Shown here: in pieces, positions 1-11,774 of the stretch | Layout of the letters: each line of letters begins with the position of its first letter | Position numbering within the stretch: position 1 is the stretch's first letter | Source of the DNA: Octopus vulgaris | Taxonomy: Eukaryota | Direction: 5' to 3' | Length of the DNA: 64,000 bases | Assembly (NCBI GenBank): GCA_951406725.2 | Contig: OX597817.1 | Span: 146,258,001 to 146,322,000 of the forward strand | Made by a program: the position numbers and the translations under genes | The notes under the pieces: generated by a model | Database searches by the model: none | Seen by the model: the letters and a program-made list of their open reading frames with translations, nothing else | Told to the model about the DNA's origin: nothing

Positions 1-258
1 TATATATATCATGAAGGTGAAGTGGCTGAGTTCTTTCAAGTGTTGGGCCTCATGGAATTTGACCCCCTTCCCCAAAATTTCAAACCTTGTGCCTAGAGTA
101 CAAAACAATAGTTATATAATAGTTATATTAAGAACAATCAGTTCCTACCACTACTGCTACAACCACAACAGGGCACTTTTAGGTCACTTGACCATTAAAG
201 TAGATTCCACAGACAGCTCTACTACTGGGTCATACTACTCCTATCTGTTTTCTTTTAT

Positions 259-301
259 TTCTTCTTCTTCTTCTTCTTCTTCTTCTTCTTCTTCTTCTTC
301 T
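259..301. repeat. (TTC)n microsatellite
   Basis: Perfect trinucleotide run. Confidence 0.95.
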
Positions 302-424
302 CTGTCTCCTTCCTCGGCTGCTGCTGCTTAAGCTATCAAACTTCAGAACCAAACATTTCTCTGCACTCATAGACACTATTTCTTCAAATCTGCTATTACC
401 TGCTGAGCCTTCGCAAAAGAAGAC

Positions 425-459
<35 letters not shown>

Positions 460-680
460 AAAGGAAAATGTCCTACCTATCTGAAGACTATGGAAACATT
501 TACCAAACATTTCATTCAATTTTTTTTTCAATTTAATTATTTTTTTTTTGTTTTACACTTAGTTGAAAAAGTCAATAAGACGGAAACTGGTACTAATCTT
601 TACAAAATGTATTTCATGATAAGATTATTTTAACATTTTCTATCTTGCCTTATTTTCCTCATATACTTATATATATATAT

Positions 681-862
681 AGGGAGAATTCACAAAAAAA
701 AACAAAATAAAAGATGAAGACAGATGGTGTAGACAACAAACGGATGTATTAGGATAATGCTTGGGAAATGAAAAAGTCTTTAACGTTTCGAGCCTACGCT
801 CTTCCACAGAAAGGAATACAGAAAGAAACAAGGAGAGAAAATAAAGAATGTGTAGTGGCTAG

Positions 863-864
<2 letters not shown>
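681..864 (-). mobile_element. Penelope-like (PLE-derived) mini-element with minimal hammerhead-like motif
   Basis: Minus strand CTTT-CTGTGGA-A-GAGC GTAG GCTC-GAAAC-GTT-AAAG at 777-813; flanked by (TA)n; homologous to 930-1075, 26370-26539, 26552-26850. Confidence 0.6.
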
Positions 865-918
<54 letters not shown>

Positions 919-929
919 ATGTATATATA

Positions 930-1075
930 GTTGGAATTTGCAAAACACAAAAGACTAAGACAGGTGTGTAAACAACAAACAGGTGTATCAGTTTAACGCT
1001 TGGGTAGGTGAGAAAGTCTTTTACATTTTAAGCCTACACCTTTCAACAGAAGGGAACATGAGAAAATAAAGAGCA
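930..1075 (-). mobile_element. Second, more decayed copy of the PLE-like mini-element
   Basis: Similar to 681-864; separated from it by (TA)n(TG)n at 865-929. Confidence 0.55.
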
Positions 1076-1527
1076 ACCTGGTATTGAAAGTGAGTTGGAA
1101 TATTTTCACTATATTTGTGTTGTTAATATCCTAAGGAAAGACAATGAACTTTAAAAACAACAACAACAACAAACAAAGAAAAGAACACTCACAATTGCTT
1201 CCTTACTTGAAATCAATGGAGTTAATCAGTTATTAATTACAGCTACTGATTATGCAAAATGAAAAAAAGAAAAGAGACCACAAAATACAAACATTTTATA
1301 ATTGAATTGCCTAAGGAATAATAATAATGAAGAGGAGGAGGAGGAGGAGGACGGCGATGACAACAACAACATGATAATAATAATAATAATAATAATAATA
1401 ATTTCATAAATAACTGTGATGTGTGTAAGAAGGGGAATTTAGAAATGTCCATCTGTACCTTACTAATGATATGGGTGAATTTATTTAAAAGGAATATAAA
1501 AACAAAAATGTATTTAACATCTATAGG

Positions 1528-1833
1528 TGCCAGCATGGTTGAGTGGTCAAGGAGCTTGTTTTTTCAACCATGGGAAAGTGTCTTCAGACTGACCAATGCT
1601 TTGTGACAGAATTTGGTAAATGAAAACTATATGAAAGCCCATCATGTGTGTGTGTGAGTGTGTGTTTGTCAATCCTCCTACCTTGACAACCAGCATTGGT
1701 TTTATTTTTTATATTTCTGGAACTGAGTGGTTTAGCAAAAGAGACTATTAGAATAAGTATCAGACTTCCTTCCAGGCATTGCCCCATCTTGGCCATCGTC
1801 CAATGGCTGAAACAAGTAAAAGATAAAAGATAA
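1528..1833 (+). mobile_element. tRNA-derived SINE family A, degenerate
   Basis: Diverged match to 1860-2250 including the GAAACAAGTAAAAGA tail. Confidence 0.75.
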
Positions 1834-1859
1834 TTCTCAGTATGTGAATGTTAGGTGCA

Positions 1860-2250
1860 GGAGTAGCTGTGTGGTAAGTAGCTTGCTTACCAACCACATG
1901 GTTCCGGGTTCAGTCCCACTGTGTGGCACCTTGGGCAAGTGTCTTCTACTATAGCCTCGGGCTGACCAAAGCCTTGTGAGTGGATTTGGTAGACGGAAAC
2001 TGAAAGAAGCCCATTGTATATATATATATGTATGTGTGTGTGTATATGTTTGTGTGTCTGTGTTTGTCCCTCCAACATTGCTTGACAACCAATGGTAGTG
2101 TGTTACGTCCCCATAACTTAGCAGTTCAGCAAAAGAGACCGATAGAATAAGTACTGGGCTCACAAAGAATAAGTCCTGGGGTCGATTTGCTCAACTAAAG
2201 GCGGTGCTCCAGTATGGCCACAGTCAAATAACTGAAACAAGCAAAAGAGT
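1860..2250 (+). mobile_element. tRNA-derived SINE family A, full length
   Basis: A-box-like head, B-box-like GGTTCAGTCCC, CCTTGGGCAAGT core, internal (TA)/(TG) tract, GGCGGTGCTCCAG...GAAACAAG tail; many copies in window. Confidence 0.9.
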
Positions 2251-2449
2251 TACTTATTTTATCCTCCTCAGAAAGATGCAAGAAAAACTCAGTCTTGGCA
2301 AGATTTGAACTCAGAACATAAAGAGGGTAAACTAAAATCCTTTGAGGGCATACTTTTAAAGGCTTTATGCAAATGGACAAAGGATTCCTAATTCTTAGCT
2401 TATAATAAATCAATTTAAGAGGATAACTGTAACCTATGATCTGCTGTAG

Positions 2450-2890
2450 GTGAGAGGTTATGGAAGACCTGCATTGCTCCTATCTGTAAGTGATATCTCC
2501 ACCAGATCTGTCAAAAGGATGGATGAACATAGTGTAGGATCAATGACTATCTAGCTATAGCTCAGGCCCTCAGAAATTCTGGGTCGGTGTTTGGTATGCT
2601 GGAAGACCACTGGGAGTAAAGCACCCCTTAGCTTTTGTTAAACCATGTCTCCAGAACTTGCTTCAAACACAGGCTGTGTCTGCTCCAATAATTGACAGTG
2701 ACTTGGCCAGCGAATCCTCAGTAACAGTCGACAGCAAGATGAGCTGTTATGGACCACACTATCCAAAAGTGTGTATGTATGTGACCAGGGACCCCATGTA
2801 AACTTGTATTCCCACTGAAATGCTGAGCATGAAATTACTCAGAGCCGGCTCAACCCACCCCGGGTGGATGCTGCCGCAACTAAAAGTAAA
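2450..2890 (+). mobile_element. Non-coding derivative of an SR2-like RTE LINE
   Basis: 3' end GCCGGCTCAACCCACCCCGGGTGGATGCTG matches the terminus of the RTE fragment at 31718-31750; 5' boundary uncertain. Confidence 0.45.
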
Positions 2891-2959
2891 ATATCCCCAT
2901 TATAGTGTGGAATCACTTTGTACTTGAGTTGTCCTTGATTATCATTATTTTTATAAGAT

Positions 2960-3185
2960 AAAGCAGTGAGTTAAGCAGAATCATTAGCATGTCAGAAAAA
3001 TGCTGAGCAGTGTTTCTTCTGGGTCTTTATGTTCCAAGTTCAAATCCCACCAAAGTCGACTTATGCTTTCGTCCTTTCAATGTTGATGAACTGAAGTGCC
3101 TGTCAAGCACTGGAGTTGATGTAATCTACTAACTCACACTCTGTAAAATTGCAGGCCTTGTGCCTGTAGTAGAAAGGCTTATTAT
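2960..3185 (+). mobile_element. SINE family B (Meta-domain-like core), degenerate
   Basis: GTTCAAATCC B box followed by a diverged GCCTTTCATCCTTTCGGGGTCGATAAA core. Confidence 0.75.
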
Positions 3186-3209
3186 TACCATTAAGATAAA
3201 GAATAGTGT

Positions 3210-3620
3210 TGGAGTGGCTGTGTGGTAAGTAGCTTGCTTACCAACCACATGGTTCTGGGTTCAGTCCCACAGCGTGGCACCTTGGGCAAGTGTCTTCTAC
3301 TATAGCCTCGGGCCGACCAAAGCCTTGTGAGTAGATTTGGTAGACGGAAACTGAAAGAAGCCTGTTGTATGTATGTGTGTATCGTCGTTTAACGTCCGTT
3401 CTCCATGCTAGCATGTGTATGTGTTTGTCCCCCCAACATCACTTGATAACCGATGCTGGTGTGTTTATGTCCCCGTAACATAGCGGTTTGACAAAAGAGA
3501 CCGATAGTATAAGTACTAGGGTTACAAAGAATAAATCCTTGGATCGATTTGCTCGACTAAAGGTGGTGCTCCAGCATGGCCGCAGTCAAATGACTGAAAC
3601 AAGTAAAAGAGTAAGAGAGT
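3210..3620 (+). mobile_element. SINE family A
   Basis: Full head-to-tail match; a short inverted RTE-tail fragment sits at 3381-3414. Confidence 0.9.
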
Positions 3621-3932
3621 TTAGAATTGTTAGAGCATCAGAACATTGGAGTAGCATTTCTTTTAGACTTTCAGTTTGAAGGTCAAGAAAAAAATGTACC
3701 AATCAAGCACTGGGGTTGATGAAATTACAAACTTCTTTCCCCCAATTTCAATCCTTGCACCTATCCCAGAAACAGGTGTTACAGTGATAGGACTGAAGCA
3801 ACAACAGTGACACAATAAATGCTTTGTGAAATTTAGTTTAAATTTTTGTGTTCAAAGTTCAAATCATACCTAGGTTATGTCCTTGGGCCTGTGTGAGAAA
3901 TTCTAATAGGTTTTTCTTCAGTTTAATACTGG

Positions 3933-3933
<1 letters not shown>

Positions 3934-3963
<30 letters not shown>

Positions 3964-4425
3964 TGTTTAATGTACGCTTTCCATGCTAGCATGGGTTGGA
4001 CGATTTGACTGAGGTCTGGTGAGCCAGATGGCTGCACCAGACTCCAATCTGATCTTGCAGAGTTTCTACAGCTTGATGCTCTTCCTAATGCCAACCACTC
4101 TGAGAGTGTAGTGGGTGCTTTTACATGTCACCAGCACGAGGGCCAGTCAGGCGGGACTGGCAACGGCCACGCTCAAATGGTGTTTTTTATGTGCCACCTG
4201 CACAGGAGCCAGTCCAGCGGCACTGGCAACAACCTCGCTCGAATGTTTTTTCACGTGTCACCATCACAAGTGCCAGTAAGGCAACACTGGTAACGATCAC
4301 ACTCGAATGGTGTTTTATACATGCCACCAGCACAGAAGCCAGTTTGTTGTTCTGGCAACGATCACACTTGTATGGTACTCTTAGCGCTCCACTAGCACGG
4401 ATGCCAGTCATCAAATTTTGATTTC
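3934..4425 (-). mobile_element. RTE LINE 3' UTR fragment (5'-truncated)
   Basis: Matches the 3' UTR of the RTE at 9721-11756; (GAT)n tail. Confidence 0.9.
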
Positions 4426-4439
4426 GTATTTTTAAAAAT

Positions 4440-5900
4440 CTTTATCATACCAACATCTTCAATGTCGAGTGCAATGGAGTTAATCAATTAGTGTTGTGTT
4501 ATTGATATTTAGTTCTAGCGAAACCATGACTTTTATCATAGTCTGCAACCACTATCAGAGTAAAATTTCATATCTGATGCCTTAAAAAATGTCCAAACAA
4601 ATCCATGGTTCTAATCATTGAGCTATCAAAATTGATCAAGTAGCAGATAGCTTTTGACAAGGGTGGGTTGACAAATGAATATCCAAAATTTTCTTGGAAT
4701 TAAGATAACCTTGTTACTGGTGTCCACTCACATATCCATAATTTTGCTATAAAATTCAACTTGAAGTAAAACAAGTTTTTTTCCTTGCCTTGTAGTGTAA
4801 ATACATTTGTTGCAGTATCAGAGCATTTATTATCAATTTATTCAACATATTCCATGCTTTTCTTTTTAAAGCTACAAGCTAATAGAAAGTGTGTCTTTTA
4901 TTATGCAATATGCATATCCTTCCAAATGCAGGAAATTTTCCCCCTTTAATAAATGCATGTTCATAACCGCAAAATTTGCATTTCGATAATTTCTTCATTT
5001 TGGACAAGAAATTAGCATAAGCATCTCTTAGCTCTAATTCACGAGAAATATCAACACTATTGAAATGTGAAATCATTTCTTGGTGTTGCATGAAGTTTAC
5101 ACATGCATTGAGTGACATGTTTTGGATGTTAGATACATAGCCTCAATGAATTTCATTTATATTCATCTTTACTACTTTAGTCAGGATGACCTAGCTTATC
5201 AAATTCACACAAAAATAAAAATCAAATGGAAATTGTAGTTAAGACACCTGTGCCGGTGACATGTAAAAAGCGTCGTCCAAACGTGGCAGATGCCAGCGCC
5301 GCCTGACTGGCATCCATGTCGGTGACACGTAAAAGCACCAACTGATCGTGGCCATTTATCAGCCTGCTCTGGCCCCTGTACCGGTGACACATGAAAAACA
5401 CCCACTACACTCATGAAGTGGTTGGCGTTAGGAAAGGCATCCAGCTGTAGAAACACTGCCAAACCAAACTGGAGCCTGGTGCAGCCTCCATGGCTTGCCA
5501 AACCCCGGTCGCACCGTCCAACCCATTCTAGCATGGAAAACGGACGTTAAACAACGATGATGATGATGATGATGAAGTTCCATTATAAAGCTGATATGAA
5601 AAGTTTTAGATAGAGTCCAGAAGATTCTTAATACAGAGACATAAACCTGGTTTGTTTACAATGACCAAATGCTTTTTAGTTCTTACATTATTCGTTATCA
5701 TCTCCTATATTTGATTGAAACAAATGACCTTGACCTGCTTTGGATTAGCCTTATTTACTAGTTTCTGATAAAAATAAATCTGTTATCTCCTTTAGACCAG
5801 CACATTCCTCATTATCTTTTAATTTCTTTATTCTAAAGGTAATCGCAAGACATCTTAACCATGCTTCAACAAGGTCAGAATCAGTCAGCCCCAATGTGGA
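4440..5900 (-). mobile_element. Decayed Ty3/Gypsy gag-protease remnant
   Basis: Zn-knuckle-like CKFCGYEH...FPAFGRICILHNKRH (ORF 4879-5118) followed by protease-like VDTSNKVILIPRKFW near 4730-4690; multiple stops; interrupted by an RTE tail. Confidence 0.6.
5205..5575 (+). mobile_element. RTE LINE 3' UTR fragment
   Basis: GGTTGGCGTTAGGAAAGGCATCCAGCTG core, terminal stem-loop, (GAT)n tail. Confidence 0.9.
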
Positions 5901-5911
5901 TCTTATTGGCA

Positions 5912-6316
5912 TTCTTTTACTCTTTTACTTGTTTCAGTCATTTCACTGCGTCCATGCTGGAGCACCACCTTTAGTCAAGCAAATTGACCCTAGGACTTAT
6001 TCTTTGTAAGCCTAGTAGTTATTCTACCGGTCTCTTTTGCTGAACTGCTAAGTTACAGGGACGTAAACACACCAGCATCGGTTGTCAAGCTATGCTGGGG
6101 GGACAAACACAGACACACAAACATATACACACACATACATATATATATACATATATATGATGGGCTTCTCTCAGTTTCCGTCTACCAAATCCACTCACAA
6201 GGCTTTGGTTGGCCCAAGGCTATAGTAGAAGACACTTGCCCAAGGTGCCACCCAGTGGAACTGAACCCAGAACCATGTGGTTGGTAAGCAAGCTACTTAC
6301 CACACAGCCACTCCTG
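5912..6316 (-). mobile_element. SINE family A
   Basis: Reverse-complement full-length match. Confidence 0.9.
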
Positions 6317-6699
6317 TGCAATACCAATAATTCAGAAAGATATATTAACAATGAATAGTCCGACAAAGAATATTTCTATAACAGATGAAATACAATACAA
6401 AGATGAAGATCCAATATAGCATATATAAAGGGTTGCTTTAACTAGCTTAAAGGGGCTCTTCCATTTCTCCATCTGTTTGCATTTTGCTTTGTCTTCTGAC
6501 CACAAGGTAGTGAATGTCCCAGGAAATATAACCCAGCATGGAAACAGGTGAATGTTGGCAACAGGAAGAGCATCAGTCTATAAACAAGCTACCTCAACAA
6601 ATTTTGCCTGATCCGTACAATCATGGAAACGCAAACATTAAAACAGCAATGAGGGCGATGACATACGTGCAAACATACATACATACAAACATATTTAAG

Positions 6700-7020
6700 C
6701 TTAGACTTAGGTGCTTCCACGTTGGGGGGAGCATGAGGCAGTCAAAGCATTCCAGAAGGATTGGTCAACAGCCATCCTCAGTGCATTTTATTCTAGACTT
6801 CCAAGATAAAGCACCCTATTGACTGTTTGGCACCAATTCATCTTGGGACCTGCCCTATAGTGTTGCTCCTAAGAGTTCCACTTAAGGACTTGATTGGTGA
6901 CATGTCCCAGCCAAATTAGTTGGTTTTTGCAGATGGTGATGGACTCTAGGCATTGGTCTGCTCTTCTTCTGACCTTTGCTTCACTGATAAAATCATTCCA
7001 TATATACTGTACAGGGAATT
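6700..7020 (-). mobile_element. Decayed RTE-like LINE C-terminal fragment
   Basis: Minus-strand translation ...WNDFISEAKVRRR...QLIWLGHV... resembles the RTE ORF2 C-terminus; contains stops. Confidence 0.5.
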
Positions 7021-7321
7021 CAGGCTAAATTTGACAGTTTGCACAAAAGGAAAAGAATACACTATATCCCATCCAAAAAGAAAAGTATTCTAAAAGAATC
7101 AAAAAATATCAACCTGGATTATGGCTGGGTTGTTCCTTCTCGAGCCATGCCAGGCTCATAAGGGCCGGTTTCCCAGTTTCAGTGGCGTAGAAATTCCCCA
7201 CCTGCATGGGATGCCAGTCCGTCACAGGATTACTAATTTTTGCCATCTGACAATTACATCAACCCCAGTGCGTAACTGGTACTTATTTAATCGACCCCAA
7301 AAGGATGAAAGGCAAAGTCAT

Positions 7322-7490
7322 TATGTTCTGAGTTCAAATTTCGCCGAGGTCGACTTTGCCTTTCATCCTTTTGGGGTCGATTAAATAAGTACCAGTTACG
7401 CACTGGGGTTGATGTAATTGACTTAATCCGTTTGCCGAACCTTGTTTGTCCCCTCTGTGTTTAGCCCCTTGTGGGTAGTAAAGAAATAGG
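7322..7490 (+). mobile_element. SINE family B, 5'-truncated, with an upstream inverted self-copy
   Basis: Core and tail match 7826-8056; 7251-7319 is the exact reverse complement of 7352-7420. Confidence 0.85.
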
Positions 7491-7494
7491 TAGA

Positions 7495-9015
7495 GGTGAT
7501 ACTTTTAGACAGTAGCAATTAAAGAGGTATCAAATTACTGGACGAGGTCATGAAAGTTACAGAAAGGGCCATAGCTCAACTAATTAGGAAGAGAGTTAGT
7601 CTAGATGAGAGGCAGTATGATTTTGTGCCTGGTAGAAGCACTGCTGACACTTTATTGTGAGGCAACGGCAGAAGCATTTAGTGAAAAATATACTGTTGTA
7701 CTTGGAATTTGTTGATATGAGAGAAGGCCATTGACAGGGAACCTTACTCCCTCATCTGCTGGTCAATGTGAAAGCTGGGATAGATTAATGGCTGATGAGA
7801 GGCGTCCAAGCCATGTACAGGTATGCTGGCGAGCTGGCAGAAACGTTAGCACGCCGGGCGAAATGCGTAGCTGTATTTCGTCTGCCGTTACATTCTGAGT
7901 TCAAATTCCGTCGAGGTCAACTTTGCCTTTCATCCTTTCGGGGTCGATAAATTAAGTACCAGTTATGCACTGGGGTCGATGTAATCGACTTAATCCGTTT
8001 GTCTGTCCTTGTTTGTCTCCTCTGTGTTTAGCCTCTTGTGGGTAGTAAAGAAATATATTAGAAAGGCAGATGTTGGTAATGAGTATAACAGTGAATTTAG
8101 TGAGCAGGTTGGAGTTCACCAAGGATCAGTTCACAGACTTCTCTTGTTTATCTTGTTTATCCTCCAAGTCATAACAGAGGAATTTAAGAGTGGTTGCTCT
8201 TGGGAGATCCTCCATGTTAATGACCTCATTCTTATAGTTGAAACTCTAATAGAATTAGAGAAGAAATTTCAGGTGAAGAAGCAAGGACTGCAATCAAAGA
8301 ACTTTAGAGTTAATTAAGCAAAGACCAAAACAATAGTAAGCAAGAAAGCAGACAAATTACTTATTCTATCTTAGGAAGAAAAGTGTAGCTAAAAATTCCA
8401 TGTGGTGTACCCAGTGGAAGCTATGGACACAAAAGAGCTACAGTGGATCATAAGAAGATAAGCAGAGAAAGTAGTTTTTTTGTGTGGCAGTTGTGCAGGT
8501 ATGATAAACACTAGGAATGTACAGAGAATAGACTTTCTCAAATGTTGGTGGTGACAGCGCGGGGGTGGGGGGTTTAGCCCTTAGAAGTAGTCAATAGCTT
8601 TTGTTACCAAGGCAACCAAGTAAGCAGTCAAGGGGGGAGGTTCTGAAAGCTTAGTTGCAAAGTTCAGAGAGCTGCTATCTTACTACTACCTTTGTTGGTA
8701 GCAGAGGGCCTCTCCATCAGAGTGAAAGACAGATTGTATGATGCCTGCCTGTGTATGGACAGCTATGCTACATGGCAGGGAAACATGGGCTGTGAGTGCA
8801 GAGGACATGCAAAGGCTTGAAAGAAATGAAACCAGAATTCTCTGATGGATGTACAATGTCAGTGTACATGTGTGACAAAGTTTAGATGTATTGAGAGAAA
8901 AATTGTGTATAAGAAGCATCAGATGAAATGGTGAGACATGATCTTCAGATGTTGAGCCTCACAAAGGATCAGAACAAGTGCCAGTTTGCTGTTCTTGAGA
9001 AAACCTGTCCAGCTG
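7495..9015 (+). pseudogene. Decayed RTE LINE reverse transcriptase region
   Basis: VGVHQGS and EEFKSGCSWEILHVND motifs align with the 10404-11750 ORF; many stops and frameshifts. Confidence 0.85.
7826..8056 (+). mobile_element. SINE family B, full length, inserted in the decayed RTE
   Basis: GGCGAGCTGGCAGAA head, GAGTTCAAATTCC B box, GCCTTTCATCCTTTCGGGGTCGATAAATTAAGTACCAG core. Confidence 0.9.
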
Positions 9016-9720
9016 AGAAAAACTGAGGTCATAAAACTATGTCCTTTATCCTTTATGTCTATGCCCCAACCCCTGCATACAATCTGTCCCTTACCAAACT
9101 TCCCCCACAACCCATCTTACAAACTTTCTCTCATGCTCACCACCTGCTGTGTTCCCCTCCCTTCTCTTTCAGGTATCTACCTGCACTCATTAAGTTTCTG
9201 TCGAATCACTTTCCCATAGTGTATCTTCCTACAACTCACTCCCTCTGTCTGTACCCACTTGTTACATTCTCCCCTCCATCTACCATTCGCCTTTTGCAAT
9301 CTTGTGAATTCACCCACCCATGCACTTCTCCAGTCCCTAGTCAACTCACCCCCACACTCCTCGCTATCACATCTACCTCTCTCTCTCTCTCTCACTCTTT
9401 CCCCACCTGAGGTAACCATATTTCCCCTCTAATGAAAGACTCCTTTTTTTTCCTGTCCCCCCCTCTCTCTGTAAAGAGGTCTTGTCTTGCAAATTATTTG
9501 GCAATCTCACCTGCTGCTGGTGCCACATAAAAAGCACCCAGTACACTCTGTAAAGAGGTTAGTCTTAGGAGGGACATCCAACTATAAAAACCATGGCAAT
9601 GCAGGCAGCACGCCTTGGTGCAGTCTTCTGACTTACCAATTCCTTTTGAACTGTCCAACCCATGTCAGCATGGAAAATGAACACTAAATGATAATGATGA
9701 TGATACACACACATACACAT

Positions 9721-11756
9721 CATCATCATTTAACGTCCGTTCTCCATGCTAGCATGGGTTGGACGGTTCGACCGGGGATCTGGGAAGCCAGAAGGCTGCA
9801 CCAGGCTCCAGTCTTATCTGGCAGTGTTTCTACAGCTGGATGCCCTTCCTAACGCCAACCACTCCGTGAGTGTAGTGGGTGCTTTTTACGTGCCACCTGC
9901 ACAGGTGCCAGGCGAGGCTGGCAACGGCCACGGTCGGATTGGTGTATTTTATGTGCCACCGGCACGGAAGCCAGACGAGGCGGTGCTGGCATCGGCCACG
10001 AGTCGGATGGTGCTTTTTACGTACCACCAGACCAGGGATCCTGGCTGGTTCAATTCGATTTCGATTTCGCTTGCCCCAACATGTCTTCGCAAGCAAGGGG
10101 GTTGGCATGGGTGCCTGTCATACGGTCAGATTGGTGTATTTTACGTGCCACCGGCACGGAAGCCAGTGGAGGCGGCGCTGGCATCGGCCACGAGTCGGAT
10201 AGTGCTTTTTACGTACCACCAGACCAGGGATCCTGGCTGGTTCAATTCGATTTCGACTTCGATTTCGCTTGCCCCAACATGTCTTCGCAAGCAAAGGGGG
10301 TTGGCATGGGTGCCTGTCGTCGGATGAGGTTCTATATCGACTTCGCTTGCCTCAACAGGTCTTTGTGTCCAAGGGAGGAAAGGCATTCATAAGTGGGCTG
10401 GGCTCACTTGTTCTGCCTGGTCTTCTCACGTACAGAATATTTCCAAAGGTCTCGGTCGCTGGTCATTTCCTCAGTGAGGCCTAAAGTTCGAAGGTCGTGC
10501 TTCACCACCTCGTCCCAGGTTTTCCTGGGTCTACCTCTTCCACGGGTTCCCTCAACTGCTAAGGATTGGCACTTTCTCACACACCTATCTTCATCCATTC
10601 TCGCCACATGACCATACCAGCGCAATCGTCTCCCTTGCACACCACAACTGATGCCTCTTAGGTACAACATTTCTCTCAAGGTGCTAACGCTCTGTCGAGT
10701 ATGTACACTGACATTACACATCCATCGGAGCATACTGGCTTCATTCCTCATGAGCTTACGCATGTCCTCGGCAGTCACGGCCCATGTTTCACTGCCATGT
10801 AGCATGGCTGTTCGTACACACGCATCATACAGTCTGCCTTTTACTCTGAGCGAGAGGCCTTTAGTCACCAGCAGAGGTAAGAGCTCCCTAAACTTTGCCC
10901 AGGCTATTCTTATTCTAGCAGTTACACTTTCAGCGCACCCACCCCCACTACTGACTTGGTCACCTAGATATCGGAAGCTATCAACTACTTCTAGTTTTTC
11001 CCCTTGGAAAGTGACTGAAGTTATTTTCTGCAGATTTTCGGAGGTTAATGCTCCTGAGCATCTGCCACATACAAAAACTATCTTCCCAGTTAGCCTACCT
11101 TTGACATTGCTGCACCTCTTATGTGTCCATAGCTTACACTGGGTACATCTTATAGAGTTTCTACCTACACCTCTTCTACAGATCGAGTAGGGCCATCTTC
11201 CTGAAGACATTTGTGGATTGTCTACCTTCCTACTTATTAGTACTTTGGTTTTAGCTAGGTTGACTCTAAGGCCCCTCGATTCTAAACCCTCCTTCCACAC
11301 CTGGAACTTCTCCTCCAGCTCTGATAGTGACTCAGCAATAAGAGCAAGGTCGTCAGCGTAGAGGAGCTCCCAGGGACAACCTGTCTTGAATTCCTCCATA
11401 ATTACCTGTAGGACTATGATAAATAGGAGGGGGCTGAGTACTGAACCCTGGTGGACCCCAACCTCTACTTTGAATTCTTCTGTGTACATGTTGCTAACCC
11501 TAACCTTACTTACGGCATCTCTGTACATGGCTTGCACAGTCCTCACCAGCCATTCATCTATCCCTAGTTTCCTCATTGACCACCAGATAAGGGATCGGGG
11601 GACCCTATCAAAAGCTTTCTCCATGTCAACAAAAGCCAGGTACAGGGGCTTATCTTTGGCTAGGTATTTCTCCTGCAGCTGCCTTACCAGGAATATAGCA
11701 TCCGTGGTACTTTTCCCTTGCACGAACCCAAACTGCATCTCATCCAAACTGCATCT
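9721..11756 (-). mobile_element. Young 5'-truncated RTE-clade LINE
   Basis: Open RT ORF, about 680-nt 3' UTR and (GAT)n tail; candidate TSD CATACACAT at 9712-9720 and 11757-11765. Confidence 0.95.
10404..11750 (-). CDS. RTE LINE ORF2 fragment: reverse transcriptase, PHD-like zinc finger and C-terminal domain (endonuclease lost by truncation)
   Basis: QFGF...STTDAIF, FVDMEKAFDRV, GVHQGSVLSPLLF, YADD, FRYLG, HGSETW, RLRWYGHV, RGRGRPRKTW; no internal stops. Confidence 0.93.
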   Translation of the reverse strand, partial: SLDEMQFGFVQGKSTTDAIFLVRQLQEKYLAKDKPLYLAFVDMEKAFDRVPRSLIWWSMRKLGIDEWLVRTVQAMYRDAVSKVRVSNMYTEEFKVEVGVHQGSVLSPLLFIIVLQVIMEEFKTGCPWELLYADDLALIAESLSELEEKFQVWKEGLESRGLRVNLAKTKVLISRKVDNPQMSSGRWPYSICRRGVGRNSIRCTQCKLWTHKRCSNVKGRLTGKIVFVCGRCSGALTSENLQKITSVTFQGEKLEVVDSFRYLGDQVSSGGGCAESVTARIRIAWAKFRELLPLLVTKGLSLRVKGRLYDACVRTAMLHGSETWAVTAEDMRKLMRNEASMLRWMCNVSVHTRQSVSTLREMLYLRGISCGVQGRRLRWYGHVARMDEDRCVRKCQSLAVEGTRGRGRPRKTWDEVVKHDLRTLGLTEEMTSDRDLWKYSVREKTRQNK

Positions 11757-11774
11757 CATACACATATATATATA

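Noticed and set aside
1860-1930. Possible tRNA genes at SINE heads
   Set aside because: No intact cloverleaf; each is fused to a SINE body
9746-10327. Recurring ORFs with LQLDALPNANHS (many loci)
   Set aside because: Antisense translations of the non-coding RTE 3' UTR; frames break inconsistently between copies
10651-11190. 179-aa plus-strand ORF
   Set aside because: Antisense shadow of the RT ORF
11751-11765. ATG start for the RT ORF (MCMRC)
   Set aside because: Derived from flanking TSD and junction duplication, not the element's own start
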